Of a stretch of 64,000 bases of DNA, positions 45,870 through 56,780 are shown piece after piece; position 1 is the stretch's first letter, and the number at the start of each line of letters is the position of its first letter. This stretch comes from an uncultured delta proteobacterium. GTDB lineage: Bacteria; Bdellovibrionota; FAC87; UBA2466. The notes beneath the pieces are model-generated. The model saw nothing but the letters and a program-made list of their open reading frames with translations, had not been told where the DNA came from and searched no databases. The translations under genes and the position numbers were made by a program. The DNA lies in contig CAVZSV010000001.1 in assembly GCA_963778115.1 (NCBI GenBank), forward strand, positions 132,099-196,098, written 5' to 3'.

Positions 45870-48092
45870 CTATTGGTAGGTATCTAGCTTCTTGTTCACT
45901 TTGTCGTAATAGGAATCGCCGGGACGGACATAGTTCTTTGCTCGATTCCAATACTGTTTGGCCTCATCGATGCGGTTCATGCTCTCTAAGATGTAGCCCC
46001 GCACGTAGGCCTCCTTCGCCAGCCGTTCGAGCTGCTTTTTGGCTTTGCCCAACAGGTCTTTGGCTTCGTCATACTGAGGGTTACGTTTGACCATCTCTTC
46101 GCACAGATCACGGGTGGCGTTGTAGTCTCCCTCCGCATACTTTTCCTTGGCTTCGGTCAGAAACGGCTCGAACTCCTCTTTTTGGAGCATATGAGCCCTG
46201 TCGATAATCTGCTTGGCTTCATTAAGATACTGCGTGTCGCCTTTGAGCTCGATCTGACGAATCTGCTCCGCCGTATCGATAGCTTCCTGATAGCTTTTCC
46301 GCGAGAAGGCTTCGACGGCTTTTTGAAATAGATCTTTTACCGCCTTAACCTTTTCTTTTTCCGGGTCTCTATCCGGAGGAACTTGCTGCAGGTCGCGAAT
46401 CTTATATTCCGCGGCCTTTAGCCCTTTGATAGCCACTGGGTTGTTCGGGTCCAATGTGATAGCGGAATTGAAGTTTTCAGCGGCCTTATCAAAATCTCCC
46501 GACTTAAGGTATTCAACGCCGTCTTCGAGCAACATCTGCAGCTCCTGCTTATCGTCTTTCTTAGCCTTTTCGGCGGCGTCCTGGACCTGCTTCTCTTTTA
46601 ATCGACGAGAAAACTGATCGAGCATCTCTTTCGATTGCTTGTAGTAAGGAATCACTTCGTGAATTTTTCTTAAATTCTCCACCGCCTCTTCAAAGTTCTC
46701 CTGCTCGGCCGCTCTTAACGCCGTGTTGTAACGTCCTTCAATCGAGCGCTGCATCTCAGGGGAAAGCTCCATAAACTCCTTCGACATCAAAGGAGGCTGA
46801 TGAAGATCCGTGGCATTGGGAGGCGTCGGGGGCGCATTGGTCGAAGTCGTCGTAGCGGCATCCTTGGCCAGATCCTTTTTGGACTCGGGTTGGAAGTAGG
46901 AAACCGCCCATAGTAATAGTCCCAGCCCCAACACCACCATGAGCAAAGTTCGGGTACGTTTGGAGAGCCCCTTTTTCGGCGCCCCTGGTCCCGCGAACTC
47001 ACCCACCGGGGCATTATTCACAAAATTATTTGCCGCATCTGCTGTATTACCGGGCCGATGCGTTTCCAGCATCACGTTATCGTTGCCAGGAGCTAAATGA
47101 AGCGACTTGGTATCTTCCTGCGGAACGGGGGCTAGCGAGCCCCTTTCCAAAGTAAGCGCGCCGCCCCCTCGACCGACCTCTCCGATGACGTCGTGAATCA
47201 AAAATTTAATCTTGGTGTGACCCAATTCGATCGTATCGAAACTATTGAGAGGGTGCTCCAGAACTCGAACGCCGTTGACGTAAGTGCCATGACGGCTATT
47301 GAGATCAATGAGACGATACCCCATCCCGACGCGAGCAATCTTGGCGTGCAGACGGGATAATTTGTCGTCATCTAAATAGATGTCGGCCCGCTTGCTGCGG
47401 CCAAAAGTGACTTCGTAAGTCTCAAGCATCATCTCCTCGCCTTTGCGAGGACCGTCGGTGAAGACCAATTTTGCGACGACTGGTTTTACATCTACTACCG
47501 TTTCCGCGCGATTTAGTGCTGCTGTCCCTTCCACTTGCAGCATCGGACCGTCCGCCGGAAAAGAGGCTTCATTCTGCGGTAATTCGGGTGGGGCAAAATT
47601 GTCGACCTTGCTAAGCTGATTTTCAAAAAGACTTCTAACAATCTCGTCGTTCCCTTGCCCTTCGCTTTTGGGCTCAGCCGGAATCTCGGCCACCCCTTCA
47701 GCGGCGGGCTCACCATCGACAGCGGCTGCAGCTTCACCGGCCCCTTCGCCTCCTGCTAAAGCACCTTCGAGGTTGGGAACTTCGGCGGCGGCGGCTTCAT
47801 GTTCGCCGCGCATGACAATAATTTTATAAGGTCCAATAAGCAGTTCCGAACCATCCTCAAGCTCCGCCGTCTCAAGACTTTTGCCGTTAACCCGCACCTT
47901 TCCCGACGAGCTCATATTGGTAAAGTAAACCGCAGATTCCGTCACCCGAATCTCGATATGGCTTCGGCTTACGCTGTCGCTGGGAAGCACGATATCAGAA
48001 AATTCCGAGCGACCCGCACGGTACACCCCTTCCCCAAATATTTTGGAGATAATCTCCTGATCGCGTTCGTATACTTTAACCGTTATCTTCAT
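45870..48092 (-). CDS. Double-FHA, TM, TPR protein (Tad/Kil-associated)
   Basis: GRS...VSRSH and FGRS...LSRLH...SRHGT FHA motifs; C-terminal TPR-like helices. Confidence 0.85.
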   Translation of the reverse strand: MKITVKVYERDQEIISKIFGEGVYRAGRSEFSDIVLPSDSVSRSHIEIRVTESAVYFTNMSSSGKVRVNGKSLETAELEDGSELLIGPYKIIVMRGEHEAAAAEVPNLEGALAGGEGAGEAAAAVDGEPAAEGVAEIPAEPKSEGQGNDEIVRSLFENQLSKVDNFAPPELPQNEASFPADGPMLQVEGTAALNRAETVVDVKPVVAKLVFTDGPRKGEEMMLETYEVTFGRSKRADIYLDDDKLSRLHAKIARVGMGYRLIDLNSRHGTYVNGVRVLEHPLNSFDTIELGHTKIKFLIHDVIGEVGRGGGALTLERGSLAPVPQEDTKSLHLAPGNDNVMLETHRPGNTADAANNFVNNAPVGEFAGPGAPKKGLSKRTRTLLMVVLGLGLLLWAVSYFQPESKKDLAKDAATTTSTNAPPTPPNATDLHQPPLMSKEFMELSPEMQRSIEGRYNTALRAAEQENFEEAVENLRKIHEVIPYYKQSKEMLDQFSRRLKEKQVQDAAEKAKKDDKQELQMLLEDGVEYLKSGDFDKAAENFNSAITLDPNNPVAIKGLKAAEYKIRDLQQVPPDRDPEKEKVKAVKDLFQKAVEAFSRKSYQEAIDTAEQIRQIELKGDTQYLNEAKQIIDRAHMLQKEEFEPFLTEAKEKYAEGDYNATRDLCEEMVKRNPQYDEAKDLLGKAKKQLERLAKEAYVRGYILESMNRIDEAKQYWNRAKNYVRPGDSYYDKVNKKLDTYQ

Positions 48093-49114
48093 GGAAACTG
48101 TTCTGCCGCCTGTAATCGTCTTTCACATTGAATGATGTACTTTTCCGCGTTCGACACCATGGGATCGGTCGGTCGATGGTCCATCAACAAAATGACCTGT
48201 TTGAAGTTGCCCATCGCACGCGTGTATTGCATCGACTCAAAATATTTTTGCCCCATCTCCATATTCTTTTTCGCCTCAAGCTCAACTTGGTAGATGCTCA
48301 ATTTTAAGTAGTATTGTGCCAACTCGTGATTGCGATAAAGCGAAACGGCCGCCCGAAATTCCTCGATAGCGCGGTGATAGTTTTGATTCATGTACTCGCG
48401 TTGTCCTTTTCTAAAGTAGGATTCCGCTTCTCGAATGCTCCCGTTATTGAGATCCATCTTGTCGAGCTTTTGCTCCACCTTACTCAGCGCGGGATCTTCA
48501 AGCTGTGGGACGGTCTGCTCTTTTTGAACATCCAGAGTTGGCTCGACTAGCTTGGCACTCCCCCCAACGTTATTTGCCGTGGGTGTAGTCGTAGTATCTG
48601 TCGCTGGTTTCGTGTCGGATTGGGAGACGTAGTACACGTAGCCCAATACCATCGCCGCAACACCGTAAATCAGGGGTCGATTACTTCTTCGCTTAGCCGG
48701 AGCGGGATATCCTACCTCTTTGCCGTAGGCCGCTTCATTCATCCCATTATGATAGGAACCTTCGACTGCATCCGGGGCCGCCGGTAGATGGCAGCGGAAA
48801 ACAAAATCTCCGATCTGAACGACGTCTCCGTCCGAAAGAGCTCGAGCGGGAACATTGTTTCCATTAACGAGGATTCCATTTTTACTTTGGTTGTCTTTGA
48901 CGACAATGGCTCCATCCGATTCGCGTTCAAAGACCGCATGATAACGAGACACGGCCTCGCTCACGATCACAATGTCATTGTTATCACTGCGACCTATCGT
49001 GAGTCTGTCGGCAGCGAGCTCAAAGACCTTGCCTCGCTCAGATCCCGACACCTGTTCGAGATAAGGAGTCTCCGAAGAAGTTCCGGAAGATAATTTTTTT
49101 ACGTTCTGAGCCAA
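48089..49114 (-). CDS. FHA, TM, TPR protein
   Basis: IGRSDNNDI...VSRYHA...SKNGILVNG; TPR-like C-terminus. Confidence 0.85.
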   Translation of the reverse strand: MAQNVKKLSSGTSSETPYLEQVSGSERGKVFELAADRLTIGRSDNNDIVIVSEAVSRYHAVFERESDGAIVVKDNQSKNGILVNGNNVPARALSDGDVVQIGDFVFRCHLPAAPDAVEGSYHNGMNEAAYGKEVGYPAPAKRRSNRPLIYGVAAMVLGYVYYVSQSDTKPATDTTTTPTANNVGGSAKLVEPTLDVQKEQTVPQLEDPALSKVEQKLDKMDLNNGSIREAESYFRKGQREYMNQNYHRAIEEFRAAVSLYRNHELAQYYLKLSIYQVELEAKKNMEMGQKYFESMQYTRAMGNFKQVILLMDHRPTDPMVSNAEKYIIQCERRLQAAEQFP

Positions 49115-49121
49115 CCTTACC

Positions 49122-50702
49122 TCACACTAAACGAATAATAATTAAGATGAAGCGAATCTCGGCATTGCGATCTTTGTGCGCCATCGCATACATCGTTCTT
49201 GCGACCCCGTTAATATCCAAAATCGATTGCTGGGTTTCTCCCAGCGTCGACACCACGCGATCGGCCAGATCGATTGAAGTCCCGGCGAAACCCTGGTCCT
49301 TACAGGCGTCACTAATATTCTGTCCTCTAGCGTACTGGTTTCTCATGCTGATGAGATCTTCAAGCGCATGCCCCACGAAAACGACTTTCTTTTCTTTGTC
49401 CATCAGCAAAAGGCCATCGTTCATGCCTTGGTCAAATTCCTGGACGGACCGTTCATAGTCTGCGGCTTCCGCTTCAACATCAGATGCCACGACGGGCTGC
49501 ATGATGCCGCCCCCCTGCTTAATACGACTCAGACTGAAATTAATAACCGTGGCAAGCCCCTCGAGCTCTTCGCATTTAGCTGCGGAGGTCACGGTGACAT
49601 CTTCGCCCTTGAGAGCGGAATCGAGCTGGTCGTGCATGGACAAAATGGGATAGGTAAACATCTTAAAGATAAAGTAGTAGGCCAGTAGCGAACACAAGAT
49701 CGCAAACAAAGCTGCTTCCACTAGGGGTTCGAAGGTGGAATAGATCTTAGCCGGCACTTCAAAATCCGCTACGACCACCGCTTGCAATACTTTTTCGTTG
49801 GCGTCGCTTGAAAAGGCATAAATGGGCTCCGCTACCACCCAGGGGCCGGTGTCCCGCTCAATGGAAGGAGCTTCGTCACTGCCGTCACTAATTTTATTTA
49901 GAGCAAAGAGAACGTAATAGTCGGTCACCGCCTTATTAAGTAACTTGGTCGGAGCTAAGACGGTCTTGGATTTGGGATCTATAATTTCACAATTTAATAT
50001 TCCTTGTCCGGCCTCGCAGGCTTCTACCGTCATGCGGGAAAAATCGTTCGTCTTGGCAATGATGCGATAATTCTCACGAACCGTCTGAGTGACAATGGTG
50101 TGCGCACGAGCAAGGGCTTCGTTTTTGGTAATTTCTCTTCCCCAACGAACAATGGGAACCACACTCAATAAGACAGCTAGTACAAGGGCACCTCCCAAAA
50201 TCGTGAGAAGTAACATCCGCCAGTCGACATTTTTCATCACGGCGTAGAAGGGGGCTAGAACCTTCTGGTCCATGATCAACATAAGCCGCTCTTGCGAATT
50301 GAGGGCCGCGGCTGGCTCCGCCATCTGACTGGGTCCGGGCTCGAGTTCAATATTACGAGCCAAGTTTCCGTCATCCGAATAGTTCTCACCGGATGGCCGC
50401 GCTTTTTGAGTGGAGCGTATTGGCTCGGCGAATCGGATTTTGAAGTTAGCAATTACCACTTCATCTCCGCGGTCAAATCTTTGTTTGCGAACTAAGATTC
50501 CATTAACGAAAACTCCGTTTGAGGAACCTAGATCGACAATGGCGGCTTTATTGCCTTTGACGACAAGTAGGGCGTGCTGCTTTGAGACTTGAGGTGATCT
50601 GAGCTGGATATCGCACTCCGACGATCGCCCAATTTTGTACGAGCCTTCACCGAAATCTTTCGTTTCGATGATCGTACCTTTTTGTGAAATCTCAAACTTC
50701 AA
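49122..50702 (-). CDS. FHA-domain membrane protein
   Basis: IGRSSECDI...VSKQHA...SSNGVFVNG; two TMs; HAMP/PAS-like tail. Confidence 0.85.
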   Translation of the reverse strand: MKFEISQKGTIIETKDFGEGSYKIGRSSECDIQLRSPQVSKQHALLVVKGNKAAIVDLGSSNGVFVNGILVRKQRFDRGDEVVIANFKIRFAEPIRSTQKARPSGENYSDDGNLARNIELEPGPSQMAEPAAALNSQERLMLIMDQKVLAPFYAVMKNVDWRMLLLTILGGALVLAVLLSVVPIVRWGREITKNEALARAHTIVTQTVRENYRIIAKTNDFSRMTVEACEAGQGILNCEIIDPKSKTVLAPTKLLNKAVTDYYVLFALNKISDGSDEAPSIERDTGPWVVAEPIYAFSSDANEKVLQAVVVADFEVPAKIYSTFEPLVEAALFAILCSLLAYYFIFKMFTYPILSMHDQLDSALKGEDVTVTSAAKCEELEGLATVINFSLSRIKQGGGIMQPVVASDVEAEAADYERSVQEFDQGMNDGLLLMDKEKKVVFVGHALEDLISMRNQYARGQNISDACKDQGFAGTSIDLADRVVSTLGETQQSILDINGVARTMYAMAHKDRNAEIRFILIIIRLV

Positions 50703-50709
50703 TGAGTCC

Positions 50710-51054
50710 TCATTCCCATTTCAGTACGGTTCCTAAAACGATCCCAAGTTCCCGACTGCGACTGCCTCGAAACTCCAGCGTATGTTTGACGTTTCTGCGG
50801 GGAATTAGCATCCGCCACGCTTTCATGCTCTCAATCACTTCCACGACTTCGCCATTTTCAGCCACCATCACGACATCGATAGGAAAGCGCATGAACATGG
50901 TATGGACGGAGTTACAATTAGGAAAAAAAACCGCTTCGTCAGCCGGGAGAGTTTTTCTTCCCATGAGCCCCAAAAATCTAGGGACAAAAGAATCCGCAAG
51001 CCAGCACTTGGAGAGCAAAATTTTATCTCCCAATTTTAGAGCCATTGCCTGCAT
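50710..51054 (-). CDS. DUF192 family protein
   Basis: RFLGLMGR, SVHTMFMRFPIDV. Confidence 0.9.
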   Translation of the reverse strand: MQAMALKLGDKILLSKCWLADSFVPRFLGLMGRKTLPADEAVFFPNCNSVHTMFMRFPIDVVMVAENGEVVEVIESMKAWRMLIPRRNVKHTLEFRGSRSRELGIVLGTVLKWE

Positions 51055-51941
51055 TACCTTCCTCCTACCCCGAAGAATCCTAAGATGACCGGTCCGAAAA
51101 TCATGATGAACACCGCCGGCATGATGAAGAAAATCAGAGGAAATAATATTTTTTGCGAAGCGGCGGCACCTCGTTTTTCCGCTAACGTAAAGCGTTGGGT
51201 TCGGATGAGATCGGATTGAACCCGAAGGACTGCGCCCAAGCTACTTCCCATTTGATCAGCGGTGACAAGGACGGCGACCAGGGAAGAGATTTCGCCTAGG
51301 TCAATTCTCCATCCCATATTTCGAAGGGCGTCGGCACGAGTCGTACCGAGTTGAATCTCTTGGAGCATTCGCTCGATCTCGTCCACTAAAGGTCCCGAAC
51401 GTGTTTTCTCCACAACCTTCTGCAAGGCTCCGATAAAATCGAGACCAGCTTCGGTGGAAAGTGTCAGCAAATCGATGACGAAAGGGAGTTGAAGTCGAAT
51501 CTCTTCGTGGCGGCGCTTTCGTCGTCCACTAACCCACATGCTCGGGTAGACGTAACCGACCAAACACATTCCGCAAAAAAGCCACCATGACATGCCGCCG
51601 CCGTTGGCGACTAGGTAGATAAGAAGGGCTGTGGGGACGACTCCCCCCAAAAAGATTTTGAAAGCCAAAAGCTCTCCGGTATCGATCTCTTCTTCTAAAC
51701 CAGCTGAGACAATGAGTCGCTTTTGCTTTTTTCGCCAATCTTCATATTTGATTCGTTCGGAATAGGGGATGACTAAGGTTCGAAACAGCGGACGACTGAC
51801 TCTAAGTAACGCTGAGGAAGTTTTTTTCTTTCCCTGCTCCAACCGGTTGGCGGCCGCACCTTCGATCTCGCCGGAAAATAAATTCCAACCTAGATAGAAA
51901 GCGGCCCCGCCCATGAGCGCGATTCCGATAAACGCGAGCAT
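51054..51941 (-). CDS. tadC: Tad pilus platform protein TadC (T2SS F family)
   Basis: LPFVIDLL...EAGL, G..RADAL, KILFPLIFFIMPAVF. Confidence 0.92.
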   Translation of the reverse strand: MLAFIGIALMGGAAFYLGWNLFSGEIEGAAANRLEQGKKKTSSALLRVSRPLFRTLVIPYSERIKYEDWRKKQKRLIVSAGLEEEIDTGELLAFKIFLGGVVPTALLIYLVANGGGMSWWLFCGMCLVGYVYPSMWVSGRRKRRHEEIRLQLPFVIDLLTLSTEAGLDFIGALQKVVEKTRSGPLVDEIERMLQEIQLGTTRADALRNMGWRIDLGEISSLVAVLVTADQMGSSLGAVLRVQSDLIRTQRFTLAEKRGAAASQKILFPLIFFIMPAVFIMIFGPVILGFFGVGGR

Positions 51942-52286
51942 GCTCGATCTCCTTGAAAGTATGAGGGGGTCAACACCCAGTTCCTCAGCCTTCTTTTCGG
52001 AAAAAATAATATAAAACTTAACGACTTAACGCGCCGTTTCGGTGGGAGGGCTACCCCTTATTATAGCACGTTGCGGCATGTGAATTTGGATAGCTTTTTG
52101 GACGAAAAACAAGTTAGAAAGTCTTTAGATTTCGGTCATTTATTTAGTGTCTAAAAATCGGCTAGTTTGTCCCGCCGCTTCCGGTGCTAAAATATAAAGG
52201 TCAGTGTTTCTAAGGCGGCTATATGCCCCGTGAAAGGGGGTGGTACTATGTTTCGCGAACCTAGTACGGAGGTGAGACGCGCTTAG

Positions 52287-53504
52287 TTAGAGCGTCTCGC
52301 CTCCTACATGAAGAGCCCCCTCCCTGGGGGGCTCTTTTTTTTGGGCTAAGCCAATCCACTGAGCGTGTAACTGTGGAACAACCTTCGCAACGGCGTCAGA
52401 GGGAACGGCGGCCGATACCGAAAGCGAATTTGAAGTCATAAGCAAGCACCGAGTGGTCGATTGTTGGATCGTCTGCCACATTTCGGCCAAAAGATGTCCC
52501 GCGTGCCCAATCCCCTCACCCACCGCTGAAACTACCGAAACTTTGCCAATCTCTTCATAATCACTCACCAAGGACGCGATGACTTCGCGGACCAAAGCAG
52601 CTTTTTCTTTTTCACAGAGAAATGAAACTTTGTTTTCACTCACCTGAAAAAAACGAAGTGGGATCTTTTTGGACTTAAGCCCCTCGAGTAACTGTCCTAT
52701 GGGAACCACGGCACTAAAAAAATAATATCCGTCGCGGCTAGAAATTCCGCGTACTAAAGTATCTTCCATGATCTCTCCCTCAGAAACTTGAGTTCCCGTA
52801 ACACTTTGGGGGTGACTCGAGGCTATCCAAACTTTAACGCCAAATCTCTTAGCGAGCGCGATACTTCGTGAATGCATCTTCGCGCCCAAACTCGCTAGCT
52901 CCAAGCCCACGTCGTAGGAGCACGAGGGAATCAGTTTTGCCGACGAGACAACTCTAGGATCGGCAGTGAAAAGTCCATCGACGTCGGTAAGAATTTCGCA
53001 ACGTTGGGCACCTAGCACTGCGGCCAATGCCACGGCCGTGGTGTCGGAACCTCCACGCCCTAAGGTAGTAATCTCTTTTTCAAGTGAGATGCCTTGAAAG
53101 CCGGCGACGATAACGACTTTTCCTTTGCCCAACTCATCCCGAATTCGAGTCGCGCGAATATCAATAATCTTGGCGTCAGTATGATCGCTAGTCGTTACAA
53201 TTCCGCTTTGCGAACCCGTAAATGAAATAGCGCGTATCCCCAGATCGTGAAGCGACATCGCAAGGAGCGACATCGAAACTCTTTCACCCGCGGTCATAAG
53301 CATGTCGAGCTCACGCTGCTCAGGGTGCTCCACCAAACGGTGAGCTAAACGAATCAGGTGATCGGTCATTCGGCCCATCGCCGATACCACAACAACGACG
53401 TCGTTACCGGCTGCCTTAAGCGCTTCGATGCGCACAGCGGCCCGCCTGATATGCGCCGTGGTGGCGAGGCTTGAGCCTCCGTATTTTTGAACGATGAGCG
53501 GCAT
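52287..53504 (-). CDS. lysC: Aspartate kinase
   Basis: VQKYGGSS, VVVSAMG, TTLGRGGSDTTA, TDVDG. Confidence 0.95.
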   Translation of the reverse strand: MPLIVQKYGGSSLATTAHIRRAAVRIEALKAAGNDVVVVVSAMGRMTDHLIRLAHRLVEHPEQRELDMLMTAGERVSMSLLAMSLHDLGIRAISFTGSQSGIVTTSDHTDAKIIDIRATRIRDELGKGKVVIVAGFQGISLEKEITTLGRGGSDTTAVALAAVLGAQRCEILTDVDGLFTADPRVVSSAKLIPSCSYDVGLELASLGAKMHSRSIALAKRFGVKVWIASSHPQSVTGTQVSEGEIMEDTLVRGISSRDGYYFFSAVVPIGQLLEGLKSKKIPLRFFQVSENKVSFLCEKEKAALVREVIASLVSDYEEIGKVSVVSAVGEGIGHAGHLLAEMWQTIQQSTTRCLLMTSNSLSVSAAVPSDAVAKVVPQLHAQWIGLAQKKEPPREGALHVGGETL

Positions 53505-53597
53505 TGGGGGGTATGGTTAGCGGAGATAAGGGGAGTGTCAATGGCGTGGTTCAGACAACGCACCTGCTTTAGTCCTGACGCTAGGAGTAATGCGGCA

Positions 53598-56426
53598 TCA
53601 CTGCGAGCAGTTTTGAGTCCCAATAAAGACTTTGGCGCTCTCATGGGGACCGGCTAGGTAATTGTTCCCGCAAGCACTTACCTTCGTCGCCTGATTCACC
53701 AAAACATACGCATTCGAGGGGGCTGCCATGAGTCCCGGACAGGCTGGATCAAAAGGGTTGAACTTCTTCAAAGGGGCCGGCGTCTGACAATAGTTTTGTC
53801 CGTAATCGGCCAGGTAGCTTCCCGTGTTGGTATTTCGAAAAGAATTATTCTGTACCGAGATATTGTTTGTGGAAGATACCAATAAGCCCGCACCCGCAGA
53901 TCCAACGATTGTGTTATTTTGGAACGAGATATCGTGATTGGGACTTGCCGTCGGATAGTAACCACTGGGCAGAGTTCCCATAAACATAACCGATGCCGAG
54001 AGGCGTCCCGATAAATAGCCCAACACATGTCCCCACTCGTCGACATCTACCGCAGAGCGATCCGTATTGAATATCCTATTGGAATCGATAAGAAGATCTC
54101 CTCCCCCAGGCCCTTCGTTCCATTGCACCAAATCGGATTGAACTAGCATTCCGCTATTAAAAGTTCCCGACACGGTATTGTTTGTAATTCTGCCGTGTTG
54201 GGTTTGGATAAGCATTCCTCTTCCCACACTATCGTGATAACAGCTATTGGTTACTACAAAATTTGGGCTCGAAAGGTTAGGAGCGTTAAAAATATAACTC
54301 CCCTCACTCAAGTCGGGAATCGAATGCAAAGAGAAAGCGTAACTTCCGGGGTTCGGCTCCGTAGGACGGACGTAAGTTGCTTGTGGCATCGGGGAAAGCA
54401 GTCCCGCAAAATTACTTGGATCATAAAGCTGCGAAGCGAACGATGTCGTTAGCGCCGTGGGATTATAAGGCCATGGCATGGGGCCGGAAGATACTTGGCC
54501 TGACGAATAACTGGAAGAGATCATTGCCCCCACGAGATTGAGCCCGTCGTCGCCTTGATTAGCAAATTCACTGTTTTCGATGAGGATGCTGCCCAAAGTA
54601 TTTCTAAAATGAGTCGCATCGGCAACGGTCGAGATAAATCGAGGCATCTCCCCCGCGATGTCAGGACGTCGTACTACTTTACAACCGGTCAGACGAAAAT
54701 TTTGTCCGGCGTTGGCAAATACGAATCCCATCCCGGGAGCGGAATAGACCCAAACATTTTCCAAAGAGACATCGGAAGCTTCACCCGTCACATACACGGC
54801 AGCTCCATGTGCGGTATCCCGAGCCACCGCGATCACATCTTTACCGTCATGAGAAAGGCCAAAACCTGGAACCGGAAAGGGCGGCATCACATAAAAGTAT
54901 TGGTTGGCATCAGGACCTGAGGACGAAAAATTGGGATTAAATACAGGTTGTACGTGAGACGTGTTCCAGTAAGCCTGATCCCCGATCACACCGGCATAAT
55001 TACGGGTTTGGAAATTAAATTCGTAAAAATTATTGATGGCTGGAGGATGAGTGGTATCTGAGACATAAGAAGAGCCACTTCCCGCAACATAAAATCGGAA
55101 GGGGTTTCTAGGATCCGAAGAGGCCTTGATAGTTCCTGGAATAGCTGTCGTCTGCATAAAATCGATAGTGATATTTTTCACTTCGATTCGTTGTGCCAGT
55201 CGAATCGCGATTCCATTTACATTGTTCCCGTTCTCATCTACCCCGAAATGGAAATTGGCCTGCGTCCCCATAGACGCATCTGGGCCCTCCAGTAGAACGT
55301 CAGTAAGCATCTTTTCAAGATTCGTTCCTATTATGGGAATATTGGCTAGGGCCGCTGCTCCATGGTTCGCATGCGGATTAAAATAGTAATCTCCTCCGCT
55401 AAAGTCGATCTGTAATCCTCCACTTGCGTTTTGAAGCGCTTTAAAAACGTTGTCGTAGTCACAAGTGGATTGCTTTCCCAAATTACACGGAGCAAGACTT
55501 ACTACGGTCGAAGAAGCCGTAAGATTAGGTTCCGCGATCGAAATGGTGTGGGTACCCAAGGGAGAGGTATAGCTTTCCGTTCGAGGGTTACTATCCACCA
55601 CCTTTCGCGGGGTCGGACAGGTGGTGATATCCGCGGGCGCTATATTCGTAAAAGCTACGCCTGATTTATTCGAAAGCGTTAACGGGCTCGAACCTGTCGT
55701 ATCCGAAGCATAAACTCTTTGGTTGGTATCGGAGTTATAGATGTAGAGATTTCCGTCGGTCTCATACTTAGCCTCGCAGTGCCTACAAGCTCCGACGGTA
55801 TTGGAAGCCCAGATCGCAGGCCCATTTGGAATTCCATTTGCAGTGGGATACAGCACTAAATTGGAATCGTCCTGCATGATAAGCTTCATCGCTTGCGCGG
55901 AGATAGACTTGCCCATGGGTAAGTCTAAAGACCCGGGTAAGAACTGAATTAGCTTAGGTACTTTCGCCGTAGCCCGATTGGTTCCTCCTTGAGTCGAAAA
56001 CTGATTTCCTAAAGGATCGGAAAAAGTGACAAAGGGGGCGGTAGAGGAAAAAGTAACGCCCGCGGAGCCCATGGTATTAGAGGCAAAGATAGGTTTTGGG
56101 GCTATTTTTTTTGTTTTCGGATTCACATAATTCATGTTGTAGACGACGAGGTTTCCATCGTCTTGATATGAGGCTAAACACCCTTTACAAAGTCCGACGG
56201 TATTAGATGCCCAAAAAGCAGGAAGTACTGGCTTTCCTTTTTCCAGGGGGTAGAGCACCAAGTTGCCGTCGTCTTGCATAATGAGACCCAGAGACCCTAT
56301 GGGCAGAAGTTTTCCCGTAGTGAGAGTGATACTCCCCGGTTTAAAGGGCTCGCCAAACGCAAAATTTTGAAACATTAATAGGGCGACACCGATACGCCAA
56401 AGGTAATACAAGCGCAGATTTTTCAC
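53598..56426 (-). CDS. Secreted protein with two bulb-type (B-)lectin domains and a right-handed beta-helix (GH110-like)
   Basis: MQDDGNLVLY / YQDDGNLVVY / MQDDSNLVLY repeats; ADATHF, GDDGLN, GRGMLI, WNEGP. Confidence 0.8.
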   Translation of the reverse strand: MKNLRLYYLWRIGVALLMFQNFAFGEPFKPGSITLTTGKLLPIGSLGLIMQDDGNLVLYPLEKGKPVLPAFWASNTVGLCKGCLASYQDDGNLVVYNMNYVNPKTKKIAPKPIFASNTMGSAGVTFSSTAPFVTFSDPLGNQFSTQGGTNRATAKVPKLIQFLPGSLDLPMGKSISAQAMKLIMQDDSNLVLYPTANGIPNGPAIWASNTVGACRHCEAKYETDGNLYIYNSDTNQRVYASDTTGSSPLTLSNKSGVAFTNIAPADITTCPTPRKVVDSNPRTESYTSPLGTHTISIAEPNLTASSTVVSLAPCNLGKQSTCDYDNVFKALQNASGGLQIDFSGGDYYFNPHANHGAAALANIPIIGTNLEKMLTDVLLEGPDASMGTQANFHFGVDENGNNVNGIAIRLAQRIEVKNITIDFMQTTAIPGTIKASSDPRNPFRFYVAGSGSSYVSDTTHPPAINNFYEFNFQTRNYAGVIGDQAYWNTSHVQPVFNPNFSSSGPDANQYFYVMPPFPVPGFGLSHDGKDVIAVARDTAHGAAVYVTGEASDVSLENVWVYSAPGMGFVFANAGQNFRLTGCKVVRRPDIAGEMPRFISTVADATHFRNTLGSILIENSEFANQGDDGLNLVGAMISSSYSSGQVSSGPMPWPYNPTALTTSFASQLYDPSNFAGLLSPMPQATYVRPTEPNPGSYAFSLHSIPDLSEGSYIFNAPNLSSPNFVVTNSCYHDSVGRGMLIQTQHGRITNNTVSGTFNSGMLVQSDLVQWNEGPGGGDLLIDSNRIFNTDRSAVDVDEWGHVLGYLSGRLSASVMFMGTLPSGYYPTASPNHDISFQNNTIVGSAGAGLLVSSTNNISVQNNSFRNTNTGSYLADYGQNYCQTPAPLKKFNPFDPACPGLMAAPSNAYVLVNQATKVSACGNNYLAGPHESAKVFIGTQNCSQ

Positions 56427-56434
56427 GACCCCCC

Positions 56435-56635
56435 CTAAAATATTTCACGATTACCGGATAACCGGGCGCTGAACTTACATCCTGTTTGATCTATTTTCCG
56501 AGCGAGGCCGTCTACGGGCCTCGTCCAGACTCCGGAAAACTTGGGACAGCTCTCAGCCGATTGAGACTCATTCGCAAAAAATAGAAGGGGGATAAGGAGG
56601 ACAAGGAATTTGAAAAGTCCGTACGTTTTGACCAT
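56435..56635 (-). CDS. Small secreted hypothetical protein or gene remnant
   Basis: GGAGG RBS, signal peptide, CPKFSGVW. Confidence 0.4.
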   Translation of the reverse strand: MVKTYGLFKFLVLLIPLLFFANESQSAESCPKFSGVWTRPVDGLARKIDQTGCKFSARLSGNREIF

Positions 56636-56780
56636 TATTGCCTCCCTACCAACGTGAGCTTGCCCACACCGAAAAATCCGGCTTGGAAGCGGGAGGGCTT
56701 TACGAAGAATCGCAAACAGATCAGGCGAGCTTCAGACTATCACTTAAGTGTGCAGCAAATGTGAAGCAATCGGGTATCGA

